From the NCBI GenBank assembly GCA_963777315.1, contig CAVZQC010000002.1, forward strand, positions 320,001 to 384,000: a stretch of 64,000 nt of DNA, in the 5' to 3' direction. Every line of letters starts with the position of its first letter. Position 1 is the first letter of the stretch. The position numbers were made by a program, and so were the translations under genes. This stretch comes from Vulcanimicrobiota bacterium. GTDB taxonomy: Bacteria; Vulcanimicrobiota; Vulcanimicrobiia; Vulcanimicrobiales; Vulcanimicrobiaceae. This document shows, one piece after another, positions 10,090-19,693 of this stretch. The notes beneath the pieces are model-generated. The model ran no database searches. It was not told where the DNA came from and worked only from the letters and a program-made list of their open reading frames with translations.

Positions 10090-11736
10090 GTGAATCTGCG
10101 GACTGCGCTTCGAGAGAAGTTCGGTTTCGAATCATTCCAACCAGGCCAGGAAGAAGTCGTCACGCGCGTCGTCAACGGACAGGACACCCTGGCAATCCTG
10201 GCCACCGGCGCAGGGAAGAGCCTGACCTATCAGCTGCCCGCCTTGCTGCTGGCCGGAACCACGCTCGTTGTCAGCCCGCTCATAGCGCTGATGAAAGATC
10301 AAATCGACATGCTCAGCGAGCTGGGCATCATGGACGTGGTTGCGCTCAACTCCACGCTGTCGGAAGATCAGGAAGCCGCCGCGCTCGAGCGAATCCGCAC
10401 GCGCAGCATCAAAATCGTCTTCGTGACCCCCGAAAAACTCGAGGACGAAACGTTCATGTCGCTGCTGCAGTCGATCGACGTACCGCTGTTCGTGGTCGAC
10501 GAAGCGCACTGCATCAGTCAATGGGGACACGACTTTCGCCCCGCGTACTTGGCGCTCGGGCACGTGATTGCGCGGCTGGGCCATCCCACGGTGCTCGCGC
10601 TGACGGCAACCGCGACGCCCGCGGTGCGTGAAGACATCCTGCATCAGCTCGGCATCCCCAACGTCAAGCCCATCGTCAAAGGCTTCGACCGGCCGAATCT
10701 CATCTACGACGTGCGCCGCGCCGAAAAAGAAGCCGACAAGTTCAAGATCCTGCGCAACCTGTTTTTCGGCAACGAGCTCGAAGGAACCGGGATCATCTAC
10801 ACGGCGACGATCAAGAACGCGCTCGAAGTGCAGAAGTACTTGCAGGACCAGCTCGACATTCCCGCCGCCGTATACCACTCGAAGCTGCAAAAACAAGATC
10901 GCACCGCGGTGCACGAACTGTTCATGGACGAGCACATTCGCGCAGTCGTTGCGACCAACGCCTTCGGCCTCGGCATCGACAAGCCGAACATCCGGTTCAT
11001 CGTGCATTACGATTTGCCGGGCTCGGTCGAAGCGTATACGCAGGAAGCTGGCCGGTCGGGGCGCGACGGTTTGCCCTCGCGCTGCACGCTGATCTACCGC
11101 ATGAGCGATACGCGCGTGCAAAACTATTTTCTCACCGGCAAATATCCCGACATCGAGGAGGTGCAAAAAGTCTTCGGCACGCTCGAGATCTTCGGCGCGC
11201 AAGAGGGCGGCGTCTCGATGACCGACCTGCGCAAGATTCTGCAGCTGCCCCTGACCAAGCTCAAAGTGATTCTCGCCCTGCTCAAAAAGGGCGGGTTCAT
11301 CGAAATGCCGGCCCGCTCGAAGTACTGTTTGACCGATGCAGCGCGCAAGAACCGAGACTTGGTACTCAATCTGGCGAGCTACGAAACCAAGAAGTCGTAC
11401 GATCAAAGCAAACTCGCGATGATGCTGCAGTACGCCGAGAACACGTCGTGCCGCAGGCGCTTCATCCTCAATTACTTCGGCGAGGACTACGAGGCCGCCA
11501 GTTGCGGCGCATGCGACAACTGCGTGCGCGCCGACAACGCGCCGCCGTCGCTGGTGCCTGCGGAAGCCGCCGCAGTTTCGGGCTACCGCATCTCGGACGT
11601 CGTCTTTCATCCCAAGTTCGGACAGGGCACCGTGGAGCGCGCCGAAAAAGACTTGGTTACCGTGCTGTTTCCGAGTGTCGGCTATAAAACGCTGCTCGCC
11701 TCCGCCGTGAGCCGCAACGAAGCCAAAATCGCCTAG
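10090..11736 (+). CDS. recQ: RecQ family ATP-dependent DNA helicase with C-terminal Tudor-like domain
   Basis: TGAGKS, VDEAHCISQWGHDFRP, ALTATA, QEAGRSGRDG, CRR...CGACDNC; GAGGA RBS before GTG 10090. Confidence 0.92.
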   Translation: MNLRTALREKFGFESFQPGQEEVVTRVVNGQDTLAILATGAGKSLTYQLPALLLAGTTLVVSPLIALMKDQIDMLSELGIMDVVALNSTLSEDQEAAALERIRTRSIKIVFVTPEKLEDETFMSLLQSIDVPLFVVDEAHCISQWGHDFRPAYLALGHVIARLGHPTVLALTATATPAVREDILHQLGIPNVKPIVKGFDRPNLIYDVRRAEKEADKFKILRNLFFGNELEGTGIIYTATIKNALEVQKYLQDQLDIPAAVYHSKLQKQDRTAVHELFMDEHIRAVVATNAFGLGIDKPNIRFIVHYDLPGSVEAYTQEAGRSGRDGLPSRCTLIYRMSDTRVQNYFLTGKYPDIEEVQKVFGTLEIFGAQEGGVSMTDLRKILQLPLTKLKVILALLKKGGFIEMPARSKYCLTDAARKNRDLVLNLASYETKKSYDQSKLAMMLQYAENTSCRRRFILNYFGEDYEAASCGACDNCVRADNAPPSLVPAEAAAVSGYRISDVVFHPKFGQGTVERAEKDLVTVLFPSVGYKTLLASAVSRNEAKIA

Positions 11737-11739
11737 CGG

Positions 11740-13416
11740 GTGAAGTTTTCGCCCTTCGGGACCGCCGCTTTCACGGCGGGTTGCCTGCTCGTTTCGTTTG
11801 CAAGCTCGCGCGCGCAATCGAATCCGCCTGCGCCGATCTTCACCAATCCGCCGGTTACGCCGACGCCGGCAGCATCGCAGCCGCCGGGCGCGCTTCCCAC
11901 GCCGATCGTCGTGCCTACCCCGGCTGCCTCGAGTTCCCCCACGCCGTCACCGACGCCGACTCAGCCGCCGATCGTCGTGCAGCCGCAAGCCGCGCAAGTG
12001 CCGGTGGGCGACACGCAAACGCTTCGCGTGAGTTCGGTGCTGGGTACCATAGGCGTGAGCGTCGGCAACCCGGCTCTGCTCGCCGCAAGCGTGGACCAAA
12101 GCGCCCAGACCGTGACGCTGACGGGAAAGGCGCCCGGCGCAACGGGGATCGTCATTTCGGATTCGCGCGGCATGACGGTAAGCGTACCGGTGCGCGTGGC
12201 ATATTACGCCGGAAGCATCGCGACGGCGGCGTCGGTGCGGATCACCGGCGATCCCGCAAGCGCGACGTTCGTCAAGCGCGCCGCTCTGGATGCCGCGCTC
12301 GCGCTGGTGCAAAAGCGCTCGGGGACGCAGGTAGCGGCGAGCACCGACGATATCGCCTATACCGCTGCGCTGGCGCAGGATGACGTCGCTACGATCGCCG
12401 TTCCCATGCTCATCCAAGGCGAACAGTACTTTACCGTCCAGGGCAGCACGCGCGTGCGCGTGGAAAACATGGCGGCCCCGAAGATCGTTCCCGATTCCCT
12501 CATGGTAAGCGACTATCCGGAAACGTTGACCGAAAACGGCGTACTCTTCACCGCCGATCTCAAGCGCGCGCAGCCGTCTCGCTTTCTGTATTTCCACTAC
12601 AACCCGCCCGGCCAGCCCGATCGCCGCGTCGTCCTGCGCGCGCACAATCTTTCGCCCGAACCGGCGATCGTGCAATTCATCAGCGGCTCGAATGCCAGCC
12701 CGAACGAGATGGCCGCAGGACACGAGGCGACGTACCGATTCCTCAAGCACCTTGTGCAAAACGAAGGGCAAGTCATCGTCATTCCGGGCAGCGGCACGCT
12801 CAACGTCGTGGAGCAGCTTCTGCCGGCAAAGACGATCGTCTGCAATCTGCTGCAGCTGCGCGTGCTCAACGGCAGCACGGTGCACCTCACGCTGTTCGCC
12901 CAGGATGCGAGCAGCTCGCCGGACGAGTCCCTGGCCAGCACCGAGCTGCTTTCCGGAGCCCATCCCCACGCTCGAGGGATCTACAGCATTCCCGAATTCC
13001 ATTACAGCGTGCTCTGGAACGTCGACGACGCCTATTTGGAGCTGCCGATCGGTCAGATCCCCTTGCCCAATTCCATCAAAGGGGAGGCACTTTCGGGCGA
13101 TTACGGCGTACTGCAATCGTTCGTGATCAAAGTGCAGAATCCAACCGCGCAGCCGCAGCCTATTGCCGTCTACGAGAACCCGCGAGGCGGCCGCGCAACC
13201 GGCACGTACCTTATCGACGGCGTGCTCATTCAATCCCATCAGGTGCCGCCGTTCTCGCGGTACAAGGTGCGGCAATACGTCGTTCCGGCGCGCGGTTTCG
13301 TTCGCGTAACGATCGAAACGATTCCCGACAGCGGTTCGAGCTATCCGCTGCGGTTGATTTTCGCGCCCGACGACGGCAGCGTTCCGCCGGGAGCGCCCGG
13401 TTCACCGGTGTACTAA
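11740..13416 (+). CDS. Secreted hypothetical protein (signal peptide, Pro/Thr linker, Ig-like pilus-assembly-N-type domain, beta-rich C-domain)
   Basis: 558 aa ORF 3 nt after the recQ stop; signal peptide ending SRA-Q; PTP repeats; VTLTGKAPGATGIVI segment. Confidence 0.7.
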   Translation: MKFSPFGTAAFTAGCLLVSFASSRAQSNPPAPIFTNPPVTPTPAASQPPGALPTPIVVPTPAASSSPTPSPTPTQPPIVVQPQAAQVPVGDTQTLRVSSVLGTIGVSVGNPALLAASVDQSAQTVTLTGKAPGATGIVISDSRGMTVSVPVRVAYYAGSIATAASVRITGDPASATFVKRAALDAALALVQKRSGTQVAASTDDIAYTAALAQDDVATIAVPMLIQGEQYFTVQGSTRVRVENMAAPKIVPDSLMVSDYPETLTENGVLFTADLKRAQPSRFLYFHYNPPGQPDRRVVLRAHNLSPEPAIVQFISGSNASPNEMAAGHEATYRFLKHLVQNEGQVIVIPGSGTLNVVEQLLPAKTIVCNLLQLRVLNGSTVHLTLFAQDASSSPDESLASTELLSGAHPHARGIYSIPEFHYSVLWNVDDAYLELPIGQIPLPNSIKGEALSGDYGVLQSFVIKVQNPTAQPQPIAVYENPRGGRATGTYLIDGVLIQSHQVPPFSRYKVRQYVVPARGFVRVTIETIPDSGSSYPLRLIFAPDDGSVPPGAPGSPVY

Positions 13417-14432
13417 GCGCGCACGGCCAGTTCGTACAGGTCCATTGCGGCACGCGCGCTTGCGTCCCACGAAAACCGCGCGACGGCGCGTTCGCGGCGC
13501 TCTGCCGCATGCGCGTTTGCGCTCTCCGGATCATTAAGGATCGCACGGACGCGCTCGATCCAATCGTCGTGGGCGTCGACGCGCGCAATGAACGCATCCG
13601 CGCCGGCCACTTCCGGAAGACTGGAGGCATCCGACACCACCAGCGGCACTCCCGCGCACAGTGCCTGCGCAGCTGCATAGCCGAATCCTTCGTATCGCGA
13701 CGGCACTGCCACCAGCGCGCAGCCGGCGTACAACTCCAGCAGCTGCGCGCGCTCGACGTATCCGCGCAGCTGCACGCGGTCGGCCACGCGCAGCTGCTCT
13801 GCAAGCCGTTCGCAGTGCCCGCGATACGGCGTGAAGGGACCTACGGCGATCAAACGCGCTTCCGGCAGCGCGGGCAGCGCGCGAATCAGCACTTCGAGGT
13901 TTTTTCGCCGCTCGACCGTGCCCGGCACCAAAATCGTGCAGCCGTCGCCGGCGCGCCGTATTCGGGCGAAGTCCGCCGCGACGCCCGGATACACCACGCG
14001 CACGCGCTCGGCCGGCACGTCGAGCACGTCCAGCAGCTCCCCGCGCGAAAACTCGGAGTCGACCGCGATGGCGGCCGCGCGTTTGTAGCGTCCCAGAGCG
14101 AAGCTGCCAAAATAATAGCGGGCATACGCGCGCGCGTGATGCTGCACTTTCAGCCAGGCAACGTCGTGCACCGTAACCACGGCGGGCAGCGGCAAGTACA
14201 GCGGCATCGTGCCGGACGCGCAATGCAGCAGATCCGCGCCGCGCGCGCGTGCCGGCAGAACGACTTGATCCCACAGCACGCGCCGGTCGAATCGCCATGG
14301 GTCGAGCCGGGGTTCCAGCAAATCCACAACGCTCACGCCGCAGCCGCGCAACGCGCCGGACAAACCGCGAACGTACTCACCGATGCCGGTCGCCGTCCCC
14401 AGCGACAGCTGCGCGTCGAGCGCGACTATCAT
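13413..14432 (-). CDS. Glycosyltransferase family 4 (GT-B)
   Basis: TGIGEY, VVTVHD, RRKN, PSRYEGFG...ASSLPEV, RFSW motifs. Confidence 0.92.
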   Translation of the reverse strand: MIVALDAQLSLGTATGIGEYVRGLSGALRGCGVSVVDLLEPRLDPWRFDRRVLWDQVVLPARARGADLLHCASGTMPLYLPLPAVVTVHDVAWLKVQHHARAYARYYFGSFALGRYKRAAAIAVDSEFSRGELLDVLDVPAERVRVVYPGVAADFARIRRAGDGCTILVPGTVERRKNLEVLIRALPALPEARLIAVGPFTPYRGHCERLAEQLRVADRVQLRGYVERAQLLELYAGCALVAVPSRYEGFGYAAAQALCAGVPLVVSDASSLPEVAGADAFIARVDAHDDWIERVRAILNDPESANAHAAERRERAVARFSWDASARAAMDLYELAVRA

Positions 14433-15232
14433 TGCAGCTGCGCTTGCAGCGTTTTCAACGGGCTGGAGTTTGGGTCGAGCGCGCGGCTGCGCGCTGCATA
14501 CGCGGCGGCGGAAGCGCGATCGCCAAGCGCGAGCGCCACCATTCCGGCGCCCGCATACGCGTCGGCGTTTGCGGGATCGACGCCGATCGCGCGGGCAAAA
14601 AAGCCGCGGGCCTCGAGCAGAGCGTTGATATCGTAAGCTTGAAATCCCGCGGCGATCAGATATTTTCCGGAGATCGGCGAGAGCGCAACGGCCTGCCGAT
14701 AATTCTCCAACGCGACGCGCAAACGGTTTTGGCGCGCGGCCAGAACGCCCAGGCGCCAGTATGCCTCGGCGACCGCATCGGGATGCGTGCCGCTGCGTTC
14801 GAGCCGCAACTTGAGCTGCTCTTCCAATGCGTACCCTGCGCCGGGGTTACGCCGTGCAAGGCGTTCGACCTCGCCTTCGATGGCAAACACGTCGCCCGCT
14901 CGGAGAAAGTACGCCTGCGCTTTGCCGTGATCTCCGCGCGCGAGCGCAATGCGCCCCAGCAGTTCGTTTCTATTCGCCGACTCCGGCAATCGCGCCGCAT
15001 ACCGCCGCGCGGCTCCCAGATTGTGGGCCGCCAGCGCGGCACGGGCGAGCATATCGTCGACGTACGGCGCGGGCGCGACGCGCGCAACGCCTCGGTAAAT
15101 CGCAGCGCCCAGGTTCGGCGCAACGTGTGCGGGCAATGCATAGGGACTGCCGGCGCCGGCAAAAATCGCGTCGGATGCCAGCTGCACGGCGCCAAGCGCA
15201 ACCGCCAGCGCAAATGCAACGCCCGCGAGCAC
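14429..15232 (-). CDS. TPR-containing exported protein
   Basis: Hydrophobic N-terminus and several TPR-like repeats (AEAYWRLG, ADAYAGAG); start may extend to CTG 15268. Confidence 0.75.
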   Translation of the reverse strand: MLAGVAFALAVALGAVQLASDAIFAGAGSPYALPAHVAPNLGAAIYRGVARVAPAPYVDDMLARAALAAHNLGAARRYAARLPESANRNELLGRIALARGDHGKAQAYFLRAGDVFAIEGEVERLARRNPGAGYALEEQLKLRLERSGTHPDAVAEAYWRLGVLAARQNRLRVALENYRQAVALSPISGKYLIAAGFQAYDINALLEARGFFARAIGVDPANADAYAGAGMVALALGDRASAAAYAARSRALDPNSSPLKTLQAQLQ

Positions 15233-15264
15233 GCCGATAACGCCGGCGCGCCGGGGCGCTTGGA

Positions 15265-16383
15265 TCAGAATTTCACCGTGAAGTTGAGGTCGGCGCGGGT
15301 CTGCGTGAGGTTGAAGTTGGGTGCGAAGGCATCCTGATAGCGATACTGGCGCGCCGAGAACGTGATGGCGCTCGACGTATTCGGAAGCTGGTAGGTCACG
15401 TTGCCCAGGTACGTGTCCTTGCGCGCGTCAAAGCCCGGAAGCAGCGCGTTGGTGTTGCCGTAGTCGCCTTGATAGTGCGCGCGATCGTACTGCAGGCCAA
15501 CCGTAACGCGGCGCGCCACCGGAACGGCGAGTTTGGCGCCTACGCCGTGCGATACGACGTCGGTCAGACCGAAGTACGAAAGGCCGGCTTGCGCGTCCGG
15601 ATCGAGCGGAACGTACGGAAAGACGCCGGCGGCCGCATTGTTAATATGCTCGATGCTGCTCGAAAGGCCGACGTTGACGGCGCTGTTGCCGGTGCGCACG
15701 TCGAAATCGGTGCCTGCGCTAAAGCTCTGCGCATTGGTGTCGAGCGCGGACGAGGCGCACGCCGCACCGGCGTCGGCGGTACCGCAGACCTGCATAGCAT
15801 GGAACGCAGTCTGGAAGTGCACGCCGCCCACACGCACCGGTACCGAAACGCCGGCGCTCGAGCCTTGAAGTGAAGGCGTATAGGGAGCGTATCGTCCGAA
15901 GTGCACGCGACCGGGCTGTTCGAGCGCCGGAGCCGGAGCAGCGGTTCGCACGGCGACCGCTTCATAGCCCGTTTGCGGCGAAGGAACGATCACCGGCGCC
16001 GTGGCGACCAAACGGGGCGCGCCCTGAGCAATGCCCGCAGCGCCGGTGTACGCAGTATGCAGCGCAGGAATCGCGAGATTGATCCTGGCCGTACCTGCGC
16101 CCGTAGGCGCCGTGAACGCCGGCGCGTCCTCGCGCAACGCGATGGCCGGTGACGCCGCGATGTTGAACAACGACACGTCGACGGGCGACATATTGCGCGG
16201 CCGCAGCGTCAGCGCTCCGAGCATGGAATCCGAACCCGGACTGAACACTCGCACGACGTCGAGGCGCACGGGACCGCTGCCGAAAGCGATTGGGAATGCG
16301 GAGCTCGCCTGCGCGAAAACGGACAGCGCCAATAGCACTGCGCACGTTACGACGCCGGCAAAGCGAGTCATCCGTTCCTCCAT
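15265..16383 (-). CDS. Putative outer-membrane beta-barrel protein
   Basis: Signal peptide, alternating beta-strand pattern in the C-terminal half, terminal beta-signal ADLNFTVKF. Confidence 0.65.
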   Translation of the reverse strand: MEERMTRFAGVVTCAVLLALSVFAQASSAFPIAFGSGPVRLDVVRVFSPGSDSMLGALTLRPRNMSPVDVSLFNIAASPAIALREDAPAFTAPTGAGTARINLAIPALHTAYTGAAGIAQGAPRLVATAPVIVPSPQTGYEAVAVRTAAPAPALEQPGRVHFGRYAPYTPSLQGSSAGVSVPVRVGGVHFQTAFHAMQVCGTADAGAACASSALDTNAQSFSAGTDFDVRTGNSAVNVGLSSSIEHINNAAAGVFPYVPLDPDAQAGLSYFGLTDVVSHGVGAKLAVPVARRVTVGLQYDRAHYQGDYGNTNALLPGFDARKDTYLGNVTYQLPNTSSAITFSARQYRYQDAFAPNFNLTQTRADLNFTVKF

Positions 16384-16431
16384 ACCCCGTCCCGGGGCCT
16401 ATACATACTATCGGTTAAATACCGGGCCGTT

Positions 16432-16869
16432 TCAATACACCGGCGCGCGGCGCGCTCCCTCGGCCAAATACCGCCGGGCAATGAGCAAAGCGGCGTAGTC
16501 GTCTATGGGCCGAGGGGGCAACTGCAGCCCCAGCGGTATCAACCGGCGCCACCCGCGCGGAGGGTTCTCCGAGAAGTATAAGGCGCGCGCCCCGTAGGTG
16601 GTATTGGTTTCGTCGATGACGTGCACCGGTATGCCCAGTTCGCCGAAGAGCTTGCCGAGCGCGGCCGAGTTCGTGCCAGCGCCGAGCGCCACGGCGTCGA
16701 TTGGATGCGCGGCCAGCAGCGGCGAAAGCCGGTCCATGAGCGCGGAAAGGGGCTCGATGCCCAGTGCGATAGGCGCCAGCGTGGGAGCCGACACCAAGGC
16801 ATAGCCGGCCTTCCGCGTGCCCGGATCGATGCCCAAGACGGCCGGTTCGGGCGTTCCCGAAACGCTCAC
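16432..16869 (-). CDS. yqgF: YqgF/RuvX-family RNase H-fold nuclease
   Basis: VLGIDPG, VIDETNTT, IDDYAALLIARRYL; PPRGWRRLIP insert resembles cyanobacterial-type YqgF. Confidence 0.8.
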   Translation of the reverse strand: MSVSGTPEPAVLGIDPGTRKAGYALVSAPTLAPIALGIEPLSALMDRLSPLLAAHPIDAVALGAGTNSAALGKLFGELGIPVHVIDETNTTYGARALYFSENPPRGWRRLIPLGLQLPPRPIDDYAALLIARRYLAEGARRAPVY

Positions 16870-17822
16870 TGCGCCGGCACCTTTTGGAGCGTGATGACTA
16901 CCGGCACGCGGAAGGTGTGCGGGTAGATGTCCTGCGCGGCGAACGCCGTCATCACGTAGTTGCCGCTGCCGGCCAGCATCTTCTGCATGTCCGCGACCGA
17001 CGGGAAGGTCCGCTGCGGCACGACGTTGCCCGCGAAATCGAACGGCATGCCGCGCGAAACCATCTCGTGCGGCACGCCGCCTTCGAGCAGCTCGGCGACG
17101 GCCAAATCGGCGCTGGCGTTTTTGCCCGCAGGAATCGGGCCCAGGGTCGCGATCGCCTCGCCGCCGGGCACGAGCAGCCTATCGGGGACGGGAGTGATGC
17201 CGAAGTGGATGGCGTCGTTGGGGTACAGGTTCTGGTCCGCCGTTACGATGAGCAGCACGTCGCTTTGGGAAGTCCACGCTTCCATCTGCGGACTGCCGGA
17301 CAGCGTGCCGAGCATGCGATCGACGTTGGACGGCGGGGAAAATTTTTTGAGCCGGTAAGGCGGCCGGGTGTAGACGCGGTTGACGTACGCGACGGTCTGC
17401 TGGTAGAAGTTCTGCACGATGTCTTTGCGCAAACCCGCCGGAGCGTTTTGCGGAATGCGCCCGACCGACGTGCTCATCAGCGCGCCCAGGCCGACGAGCA
17501 CCGGCGAGTTCGTCACCTTCTGTTCGAGTTCGTTCGCGCGCGCCTGCGCCTTTTCGATTTCGGCGTTGATTTCGTTCAAGCGAAAGAACGCCGTCTGGAC
17601 CTGATTGGAAGCGAATATCGCAACCAGCGTGATGACCAGCGCGATGACCATGCCCGTGGCGACGGCGACGATCGTCGACGTGTACCGCGGTCTGATGTTG
17701 AATAGCGTGAGACGTTTGCGTCCCACTTGATGACCGACCCGGTCGCCGATGTACGCGATAACGCCGGCGATGATGACGATGAACACGACGATTCCCACGC
17801 CGCGCAAAATGCCCAGGTGCAT
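16866..17822 (-). CDS. DUF3084-like membrane protein
   Basis: IAYIGDRVGHQVGRKRLTLFNIRPRYTS N-terminal signature, 2 TMs, short coiled coil. Confidence 0.8.
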   Translation of the reverse strand: MHLGILRGVGIVVFIVIIAGVIAYIGDRVGHQVGRKRLTLFNIRPRYTSTIVAVATGMVIALVITLVAIFASNQVQTAFFRLNEINAEIEKAQARANELEQKVTNSPVLVGLGALMSTSVGRIPQNAPAGLRKDIVQNFYQQTVAYVNRVYTRPPYRLKKFSPPSNVDRMLGTLSGSPQMEAWTSQSDVLLIVTADQNLYPNDAIHFGITPVPDRLLVPGGEAIATLGPIPAGKNASADLAVAELLEGGVPHEMVSRGMPFDFAGNVVPQRTFPSVADMQKMLAGSGNYVMTAFAAQDIYPHTFRVPVVITLQKVPAQ

Positions 17823-17831
17823 CGCCGCCCC

Positions 17832-18944
17832 TTACGCCACCGCGGCGCGGTACAGGCGGCGCGCGCCGATGAGGGTGAAGATGACGTTCGGCATCCAGGC
17901 GGCCAGTGCGGCCAGTGGCAAGAACGCTTCGCCGATGTACGAGAAAATCGTGGAAACGACGTAGTATACGAAAACGATCAGCACGGCCAAGCCGAATCCC
18001 AAACTCGTGCTGGCGCCGCTGCGGATCGAGCGGATGCCGTACGGCACGGCGATGAGCGTGAAGACGAAGCATGCAAACGGCGTGGCGAGTTTCTCTTGAA
18101 AAACCATGGTGTATTTACGCACTTCGGCGGCGGACAGCTGGCCGCTGCGAATGATTTGGGCAATCTGCGCGCGGTTCAAATCGTCCGGATTGTTGTTCGC
18201 CGCGCGTTTGACGATATCGGTTGGCTTCTGTCCCAGCTCGACCTGCAGCGTAGGCGTGTCCGCGGCCGTAACGGTCTGGCCCGCAGCACCGAACCGGTAT
18301 ACTTTCGCATTGTCCAAGGTCCATCGGTCCGCGTCGAACACCGCGCGGTCCGCGAACACGATCTGCGTCGGAACGCCCGCGCGGTCGTACTGGACGAGCG
18401 TTACGCCCAGCAGTGCTCGGCAATTCTGAGCGCACGCGCGGGCGAACGTCATCTGACTGCCGCCGCCGGGAAGCGGCGCGGAAACGTTCAAACTGGTCGC
18501 AAACGCGCCGGCCTTTTCGATGATCGTGTTTTGAATGATGTTGAACTGCTCGCGCGCGTAGGGAACCACGCGTTCCTGCAGCAGCAAGGTGACGAAGGAC
18601 AGCAGAAATCCTGCAACGAGAATGGGCGCGACGATGCGCAGGAAGGTGATGCCGCCCGCTTTCATCGCCGTGATCTCGCTTTCGCCGCTCAATCGCTGCA
18701 CCGCAAGCAGCGTTCCCAGCAGCAGCGCCATCGGTATCGCAAGCACGACGATTGGCGGAAGCTGCCACAAAAACGCTTCGATCGCGGCCCATAACGGCGC
18801 ATGCGTTTCGGAAACGACCCTGCCGATGTTGATGATCTGCGTGGCAGCGAAGATCAGGGTAAACGCGGACAGTCCGAAGAGAAACGGACCGACCAGCTCG
18901 GAGAGCATGTAGCGGTCTAGGATCGCCATTCGCGGCAAGGTCAA
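17832..18944 (-). CDS. LptF/LptG (YjgP/YjgQ) family LPS export permease
   Basis: ILDRYM, LSGESEITAMKAGG, periplasmic jellyroll, AWMPN; alternative ATG at 18929. Confidence 0.92.
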   Translation of the reverse strand: MTLPRMAILDRYMLSELVGPFLFGLSAFTLIFAATQIINIGRVVSETHAPLWAAIEAFLWQLPPIVVLAIPMALLLGTLLAVQRLSGESEITAMKAGGITFLRIVAPILVAGFLLSFVTLLLQERVVPYAREQFNIIQNTIIEKAGAFATSLNVSAPLPGGGSQMTFARACAQNCRALLGVTLVQYDRAGVPTQIVFADRAVFDADRWTLDNAKVYRFGAAGQTVTAADTPTLQVELGQKPTDIVKRAANNNPDDLNRAQIAQIIRSGQLSAAEVRKYTMVFQEKLATPFACFVFTLIAVPYGIRSIRSGASTSLGFGLAVLIVFVYYVVSTIFSYIGEAFLPLAALAAWMPNVIFTLIGARRLYRAAVA

Positions 18945-19693
18945 AGGCGAAACCCTTCACCCAAATAAAAGCGCCGCGCGATCGGGCTTTCCAGCACGTC
19001 GTGCGCCGTGCCCGAAACTTCGATCTTGCCGTTGTTGAGGATGTACGCGCGATCGACGATCGCCAGCGTCTCGCGCACCTGGTGGTCCGTGATCAGAATG
19101 CCCAAGCCGCGATCGCGCAGTTGGCGAATCATCGCCTGAATGTCCGCGACCGCAATCGGATCGATTCCGGTGAAGGGTTCATCGAGCAGCAGAAACGCGG
19201 GCTCGGTTGCGATGGCGCGCGCGATTTCCACGCGGCGGCGCTCGCCGCCCGACAAGCTGTCGCCGCGCGCGTTGATGAATTGAAGCAATCCGAACTCGTC
19301 GAGCAGCGGCGGCAGCCGCTTTTCCTGTTCGTCCCGCGCCACGCCGTGCATTTCCCAGATGAGCCGCACGTTATCGCCGACGGAGAGCTTGCGGAAAATC
19401 GAGTTTTCCTGCGATAAATACCCGATGCCGCGGCGCGACCGCACGTACATCGGAGCCCCCGTCAAATCGATCCGCTCCCCGTCCACGGAAAGCAGTACGG
19501 ATCCGCCGTCGGGTTTGACCAAGCCGATGACCATGTAGAACGTCGTGGTTTTGCCCGCGCCGTTCGGACCGAGAAGGCCCACGATTTCACCGGTGCGCAC
19601 TTCCGCATCGACTCCGTTGACGACCGCGCGCTCGCCGTAGCGCTTGAGCAGGCCGCGCATAGTGATTTCGTTTTGGATGGCGTTACGCTCCAT
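18941..19693 (-). CDS. lptB: LPS export ABC transporter ATP-binding protein
   Basis: GPNGAGKTTTFYM, LSGGERRRVEIARA, LLDEPFTGIDP, LITDH, YLGEGFRL. Confidence 0.96.
   Translation of the reverse strand: MERNAIQNEITMRGLLKRYGERAVVNGVDAEVRTGEIVGLLGPNGAGKTTTFYMVIGLVKPDGGSVLLSVDGERIDLTGAPMYVRSRRGIGYLSQENSIFRKLSVGDNVRLIWEMHGVARDEQEKRLPPLLDEFGLLQFINARGDSLSGGERRRVEIARAIATEPAFLLLDEPFTGIDPIAVADIQAMIRQLRDRGLGILITDHQVRETLAIVDRAYILNNGKIEVSGTAHDVLESPIARRFYLGEGFRL

Noticed and set aside
16432..16869. RuvC call based on LGIDPG
   Set aside because: Downstream motifs (DE..TT, DD.AA..I) fit YqgF, and no ruvA/ruvB is adjacent
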